The notes beneath the pieces were generated by a model. The model made no database searches and was not told the DNA's origin. It saw only the letters and a program-made list of their open reading frames with translations. This document shows positions 57,112-64,000 of a stretch of DNA of 64,000 bases, in pieces. Position 1 is the stretch's first letter. Each line of letters starts with the position of its first letter. Made by a program: the position numbers and the translations under genes. The stretch comes from Octopus vulgaris. Lineage: Eukaryota. The DNA lies in NCBI GenBank assembly GCA_951406725.2, contig OX597819.1, positions 79,980,001-80,044,000 on the forward strand. Reading direction: 5' to 3'.

Positions 57112-57318
57112 TTTCGGGAGGGTCAATGTTTTTGCCAAAGAAACACACGCACTATATATTCGTTCTTCACTCGTTTATTACTGTTCTGATTCTAACTCAT
57201 CCATGTCCATCGTCCGGACGTTGGACATGAGTTAGGTTGAAAACAAATAATAAACCAGTGAAGAACGAATATATATTGCGTGCCCTCATTTGGCAAAAAA
57301 AAAATGACGATCCCAAAA
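57112..57318. mobile_element. ~200-bp palindromic MITE-like element
   Basis: Nested inverted blocks: ggga..gtca/tgac..tccc, tttttgccaaa/tttggcaaaaa, cacgca.tatatattcgttcttcact.gtttatta and its complement, ctaactcat/atgagttag, centre cgtccggacg. Confidence 0.8.
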
Positions 57319-57379
57319 AATAATAACATATGTATATATGTATATGTATATATATATATACGAAAGAAGGTTTGAAAAT

Positions 57380-57750
57380 GAAATTTAAAAGATGTTTATT
57401 TACTTTACCGGTTTCACTCTTTGGAAAAAGATTGTCAAAAGTAACATGTAGAAGTTTGGCTGCGTCAATTATTGGTTGTAACAAATTGCTACATTACATA
57501 TATACAGTCTTTGGTAACAGGGACATGTTAAGGACATAAAAAAGTTCAACAAGTTCCTTAAAATATACCCATGGTCGAATAGGCGTTGCTTGAAGGTGGT
57601 CCCAGCCAAGTCGATGTATCTCCGATCTTAAGTGTTGGCTGTGTTATCGCCTCTGGTGTTTCTTCTGTTTCAGACCGTAACAGTTTTCTGTCTCCAGTTT
57701 GAAAAGAGGATATTTGTCTATGGACATTGGAGTCTGACGAATCCTGTATA
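57380..57750 (-). mobile_element. Decayed PLE GIY-YIG endonuclease fragment
   Basis: Minus-strand RRYIDLAGTTFKQRLFDH (~57568-57624) resembles the YIG.T..TFK.R...H motif. Confidence 0.6.
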
Positions 57751-58039
57751 AGGCTAAGCGTTTAATGGATACGAAACCATTGGTCACTCTATGACCAGCC
57801 ACATAATTAACCGCCTGCCAATGTATATACATATATGTATATACATGCATATATGTATGTATATACATAAACATACCTATTTACATATATACATATATAC
57901 ATATAAGGACACAGGAAATGTGTCAAAGCCGACAGGAAGCGTCGATGCTTCCTAGGGCTAAACAGCGGTGTGGTAATTCCCTAATTCCCTTACGGGACTG
58001 TCACGTTATGTTGACAGTATACAACCACTCTATATATAT

Positions 58040-59650
58040 ATAACATTATCTGGGTAATAATCTTATATTTTGTATTTCAAAGCTTGTCTAAGACTATCAG
58101 CTGCTTATGCTATCATACTGCAGGAATACTACTTTTACTGGATATACATGTAGAAATCCGTCAGTGTACGCAAAATTCACACAAAAAGTTTATAATGTAA
58201 GTAGACGGACTAAACAGGTTCAAAGGTTCTTACAGCGGTTCTTTAATGTATCGCTGATTGCACCTATATATGCATATATATTTACTTGCTTTTACAGTAG
58301 ATTTATACATAATGTTTCTACGTAGAAACTCGTTCGCAAGAGGACATGTTTTTTTACAGCTACAGTTGCATTTTCTTATATTATCATCTGCAACCACGTT
58401 GCCTCTTGCTGTATATCTTTCAGTGAATGTTATTGTTGTTATTATTACTATTTTTATGGCCGTTGTTCTCATTGGTGTTGTTCCCAGCGTTTACCCCATT
58501 CCTGTAGTTATTATCAATGCTAAAGTTAATATTTGTACTTACATTAGGATCATTTGGACTTTCATGAGTTTTGTTTCTCACTATTATATTCTTACCTACT
58601 CTCTGGACCGACGCACTTCCGGACGATATATTTAGACACTATGATTGCCATGTTCAGGTTATGAATATGGTATTCAGTATTAGTTGCTGTACATGACAGT
58701 TTCACCATATGCCTGTTAAAATTTGCATAATGTATACAGAATTTAGGAATATGTATATCTAATGCAGAAAAGAATTCTCTAACAATTATTGATGCAGCTG
58801 GTAATCCGAGCATTGGATTGAACCATAACGAGCTATCATTATTAGATTTATTATTATGTTTAGTGTAATTGTTATCGTGCTTGGAAGAGTCATCCAGATT
58901 GAAACAAGATAGTCCTTATATTCCTACTTCCAACAGCTTTCCTTTTATCTTTATTACTATTTGCCTTTGTTTTTATTTGACTGTCAGTTTAAGCCTTTTC
59001 CCTAGGGTAATACTAATTCTAAAATTCTGTCCCCTTTATGTTCGCTAGTATACCTATCTGTATATCTTTTCTTTTTTTCCTCATTATTTTCATTTTTATA
59101 TTGATTAGCTATATTATTGTAAGGTGTATAGTTAGTTTTTTTCATTGTATCCAGTAGTCTCCAATACTCTTAAATTGAACTCTTAAATATTCTTTCAGTC
59201 GCAGAGTACCTGGAAATTATATTCGACACACTTTTAACTATGCTTCTGGATTTTGTTTTATCTACATATCTTTAATTTCCGTTGGGTTTATAGTATGGCT
59301 CAAAAAGTTCAGTGTTTCAACTGAGTGCTACATCTAGAGAATTTACTACTTTGCAATCATTTTCAATTGTTATAGGTAGCGCTATATTCTTAAGGAATTA
59401 AACTATATTTTTCTATATTGCTCCATTTCTGTTTACTTACAATTTTCCGCGAGGAAAAGAGTGCCATCCCTATATGAACCCCTGATGACATGCAACCTCT
59501 GATGACGAGCAACCATAGCAAGTTGGGTGAAACTGAAAGCAATTGTACATGTCTTTGAAGAGTAATTTATTTCTGCCCCTGTATTGATTTACGCTATAGA
59601 ACTGGGAAAATTCTATAACTTCGTTACAATTCTTCTCCAATGACCGTCAG
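58040..59650 (-). mobile_element. Decayed Penelope-like element ORF (RT + CxCx5C linker + GIY-YIG), Naiad-like
   Basis: Ordered minus-strand motifs: GSYRDGTL (59463-59474, degenerate YRDD), ITIENDCKVVNSLDVAL, FEPYYKPN, LWFNPM, FFSALDIHIPK...FNRHMVKLS, KCNCSCKKTCPL...IMYKSTV, AYIGAISDTLKNR. The 5' extent is uncertain, possibly to ~60650. Confidence 0.8.
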
Positions 59651-61212
59651 TAACATGGAATATTGTTGACAGAGTCGGATACTTCATTAAATCATAGACC
59701 ACCAAATTCTGCCTAACTATTCGGATACTCATGCGACGTATAGTATTTGTTTACCCGATTCCAGCTTTATTTTCCAGCTGCCTCCACTCGAAGTTTACAA
59801 TTCACGAATATCGTTTTTAACCAGTTTCAGCCAGCTATGCAAAGTAGCTACCCTTAATGGTGATATACATAAACTTAGTAGCATCGATTTACGCTAAATT
59901 TTGTCCCGTCTCTCGTAAATCTTGAGATCATTTTGACCATGTGACTAGCCTTAACCAATAAAAGTCGACTGTACATCTTAGTACTTATCTGTATAGGCAT
60001 TGATATATTCATATAAATACATGAAAATAAATAACCAGTAGGAAGAAAATCGTTTAAACGTAAAGAGTTATAGAGCAACTAGTAATACAGAAGCTTGGAG
60101 ATCAGAACATCCAGGTAAAGCTTTCCATATTCGTAAATAAGGGGATGGGTTTAAAATATGGTTTTGGTCTATCAATGAGAATATGTGAACATTTTAAAGA
60201 CGTGATTTGATCGTAGCCTCAGTATGTAACGAGCATTGTTTTCATCTCGAGGACGAGATGGTCCACAAGATGATTCTCAAAAAGATTTGGGATGCTAAAT
60301 AGAATTGCTCTTTCCTGAAAGATGCAAGGAGAGTAAAGATTAAAATCTGACTTCTTACGTTTTGCCAGTTAATACGTTGATAATGTAGGAATATGATGTA
60401 TTTCAATTTTTTAAGCCCCGAACGTAGTTAGATAGCCTTGTGGGAGATCATTTGTTGGGATTTTTAAATGTGTAAATGTGCTGGTCAAAGTTAAGTTGCT
60501 ATTCATTTGAGATGAGGTTCATGAAGTTTTTATCTAATAAGCAAGTGATAACTTTAGCGGATGTGTTTACAGAAGTATTTTGAGTTAGATGAGAAGGCAT
60601 GTGAATTGCTGAAATTAAAAATTTAGTGCTTGATTTACACTCAAGAAAATCGCTACAAAAAAGTTTGCGTAATACTACTGTGCAATATCACCCTTCCCAG
60701 TATATAACATTCATTTCTATATAGAAGCATATACACAAAACCGCTTAATCTAGTCTTCGTCGATATAATAATACAAGCACGGGCATATATATTCGCACAC
60801 ACAAACACGCACACATTCTCTCTCTCTATCTCTATCTCTCTCAGATACACTCACACACGCACACACACAAACACATACGCAAGCGTTTAGTACTAACTGT
60901 CGCACAAAAGAGTACTCAATACCATGGTGGAGGTTTAATGATAATTTCTATCTGTATGTATACATATATGTATGTATGTGACTCTCTCTTGCTCGATCTT
61001 GATGTGTCGCTTGCCTTCTCTTACTCTCTCTCACTCTCTCTCTCTCTCACACACACACACGCACGCACACACACAAACACACACAAACACACACATGCCA
61101 CGCTCACCACACATACACATATATGTATGTATGTACGTATATATATGTACATGTATATACGTATATATATATATATATGTGTGTGTATGTGTGTGTGTGT
61201 GTACACCTATAC

Positions 61213-61268
<56 letters not shown>

Positions 61269-61285
61269 CTATATATATACATATG

Positions 61286-61319
<34 letters not shown>

Positions 61320-61517
61320 TATAGATAGATATATATAAATACACGCACACACTCACATACACACATATATATATATATATATACCTACGTATGTATGAAT
61401 AAGTATTTTGTATATTTCATATATATATATATATGTAGATTCTATATCTATATTAATATACCTATCTATATGTATATTTCTCCCCCTCGGCCTTTCTCTC
61501 TCTCTCTCTCTCTCTCC

Positions 61518-61579
<62 letters not shown>

Positions 61580-61670
61580 GAGAGAGAGAGAGAGAGAGAG
61601 GCATATATATACATACATACATATATATATACATATATATATACATATACATATATATATATACATATAT

Positions 61671-61701
<31 letters not shown>

Positions 61702-62778
61702 GGTGTCTACATGCATATTTACAACGTACATACACAGCTGACATGGATACATGATTTAATCTATGCACATTATACAAAAGAAGAATACACATCCATATAG
61801 ATTACACCGAACAACGCACACACAAACACACACATATACACATGCACGCACACACACACGCCTACAGACACAAAGGTGTATACAAATACAAAGGTATGCT
61901 ACACACATACGCTGATACACTTATCTTCTCATACATTGTTATAGAAATGATTAAGCGTGTTTAACTAAACGTGAAAGATTCTCGTAGATTCGCGGGTCTT
62001 GATTCGTGTGACGCCAAAAATATATACTACTTTTCAAATGAAGCTATTAGTCGAGATGAAAGGATCCTGTAGCCAAAATATTAATCGGAAATGTCATTTG
62101 GAAACACTATTATAATTAGAAAACTCTCATGGAAGCCATTTTACGGGCGTCGCCATTTCTATTATAGTTTTCTCTAACGACGTTTGTTTGTGTATGTATT
62201 TATTTTTGTATCCGCTATTTATACAGCCATCTTGTTTCTTCGCTTTGCTAGAGCAGACGATAGAAATTTTTCGAATATTTGTATACTTGTTAGTTTCAGT
62301 CGTTGTTTGTTGGTACTTTTTTCGAGCAGTTGTTATTGTTCGTGAAATTGTCTGCGTTTCATGCTACAATCGTTTGTTTTGTCTTTCATTTGCTGTTGTG
62401 GTTTTTTGTTTGCGTTCTTTTGTTATTTGTTTTTGCTACTCTTCTTCTTTCGTTGTAATCACTGTGTGGATGTTGCTGTATCTCGTATGGTCATATTGTT
62501 GTTATTTTTCGTCCATTGTTGCAGCCAAGGTATGTTGCCAACGTCCGTTCCTGATGTTGATGCGACTGTTGTTATTGTGATTATATTACTCAGCTTGTAT
62601 TATACAAATGCACGCCCATAAAAACACAAACATATTATATATATATGTGTGTGTGTGGGGGGGGGGTATACACATATATATATATATACGCACATGTATA
62701 TATACATGCATATAAATGTGTGTATATATATATATATATATATATTTATACGTGTATGTACGCATATATGTATATGCA

Positions 62779-62840
<62 letters not shown>

Positions 62841-62916
62841 CACATACTCACGCATATATAAATATGCATAAGTATACACACATGTACATACAACTGATTG
62901 TCAATGCCTACGTATG

Positions 62917-62980
<64 letters not shown>

Positions 62981-63179
62981 TAGGCATATACACAAACGCA
63001 AAGATTCGTTCACACAGTTACACATATACACATGCAATTTTATGTAACCCCATTTCTGTCGTTCTGTCAATCTCGTTTTGTATCAATTTACATTTTATTA
63101 CAATGCCTTTTAATATTGCTTATATGTTAGTTTTTTTTTTGCTATTTTATATATTTTTGCCTTCTAGTCAACTGAAGAA

Positions 63180-63181
63180 TC

Positions 63182-63230
<49 letters not shown>

Positions 63231-63530
63231 ATTTTTATTACCATCATCATCATCATCATCATCATCACCTTCAGCATCATCTTCAGCATCATTATCGTCA
63301 TAGTCATCCTCGTGTTGGTGGTGGTGGGGATGGTCGTCGTCGTCGTCCTCCTCTTCGTCCTCCTCCTCCTCGTTCTCATCATCATCATCATCACTGTTGT
63401 TTTTTTATTGCTTTCGTTGATGCTGCTGCTGTTATTATTTTTATTATCCTTCATCGTAATTAATTTTGCTGTTGTTATTTTTATTACTGTTTTCGTTATA
63501 GTCATTATTATTTTTTCGATATATTATCAT
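63180..63530. repeat. (TTA)n/(CAT)n/(CCT)n microsatellite cluster
   Basis: Direct inspection. Confidence 0.9.
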
Positions 63531-64000
63531 TATGTTGAGGCGACGAGCTGGAAGAATCGTTAGCACAGCATACAAAATGCTTCGCAGTATTTCATATATA
63601 TCTTTACGTTGCAAGTTCAATGTCACTCTTAGCGCGGCAAAGCCTCACATTTCTGGTACTTTGCTTTACATTCTTTCAATGAGATATGTACCACTTAAAT
63701 ATTATGTTCGACGTAAACAAGCAGACCCCACCGACCAAATTTCAGGCACGGTTTCTCGAATAGAAAGGATTATCATTATGTTAATATTGTTGTGGTTGCT
63801 CTATTCTTTAACTGACAAAATTGTCAAGTCTCATCATCATCATAGTCTGTGTTGGACGTACATCATCACATCTTGTTCAAAAGTCGTTTACTGTTCTGAA
63901 TATTTGTTAAAGCTACTACTTCACTAATTAAAGAGAGCAGCTTCTAAATTGTGCACTAAATGGCACAGTTATTATAGTAATATTATTGTTCCCGTCTTTT

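Noticed and set aside
58060-58140. In-frame TGA near the expected C-terminal CxxC of the PLE GIY-YIG domain (possible selenocysteine)
   Set aside because: Neighbouring TAG stops and frameshifts show general decay, spacing is off by one, and no SECIS was recognised.
59482-59550. Two CTGATGA motifs followed by GAAA on the plus strand
   Set aside because: They lie antisense within the PLE RT region next to the YRD motif, and stems I and III do not form.
63532-63927. 131-aa non-repetitive ORF near the window end
   Set aside because: No recognisable domain or convincing exon boundaries.

Overview
AT-rich, microsatellite-saturated eukaryotic non-coding DNA. The SINE and repeat content resembles an octopus or other coleoid cephalopod genome (inference from pattern recognition, not a search). 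No host protein-coding gene could be supported, and most of the supplied ORFs are microsatellite artefacts. The window is a transposon mosaic: (1) a near-full-length but frameshifted RLE-type non-LTR retrotransposon (R4/Dong-like, ~16968-21043) plus three relatives, three of the four sitting in (TAA)n arrays of matching polarity; (2) decayed Tc1/mariner elements and MITEs; (3) a non-autonomous Helitron; (4) three tRNA-type SINE families; (5) a decayed Penelope-like element (PLE) with RT, CxCx5C linker and GIY-YIG motifs. The most interesting signal is in no ORF: about a dozen type I hammerhead-ribozyme motifs or remnants, found by eye, with palindromic stem III. They sit mostly in short non-coding modules embedded in microsatellites, and several of these modules form fold-back palindromes or a 588-bp partial tandem. 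They include hammerheads with 60-70-nt stem II and a 3-copy core variant (CUGU-N-GAA). The PLE-hammerhead link is established. The variants, the fold-back architecture and any activity are inferences needing cleavage assays and genome-wide searches. Coordinates of decayed elements are approximate.
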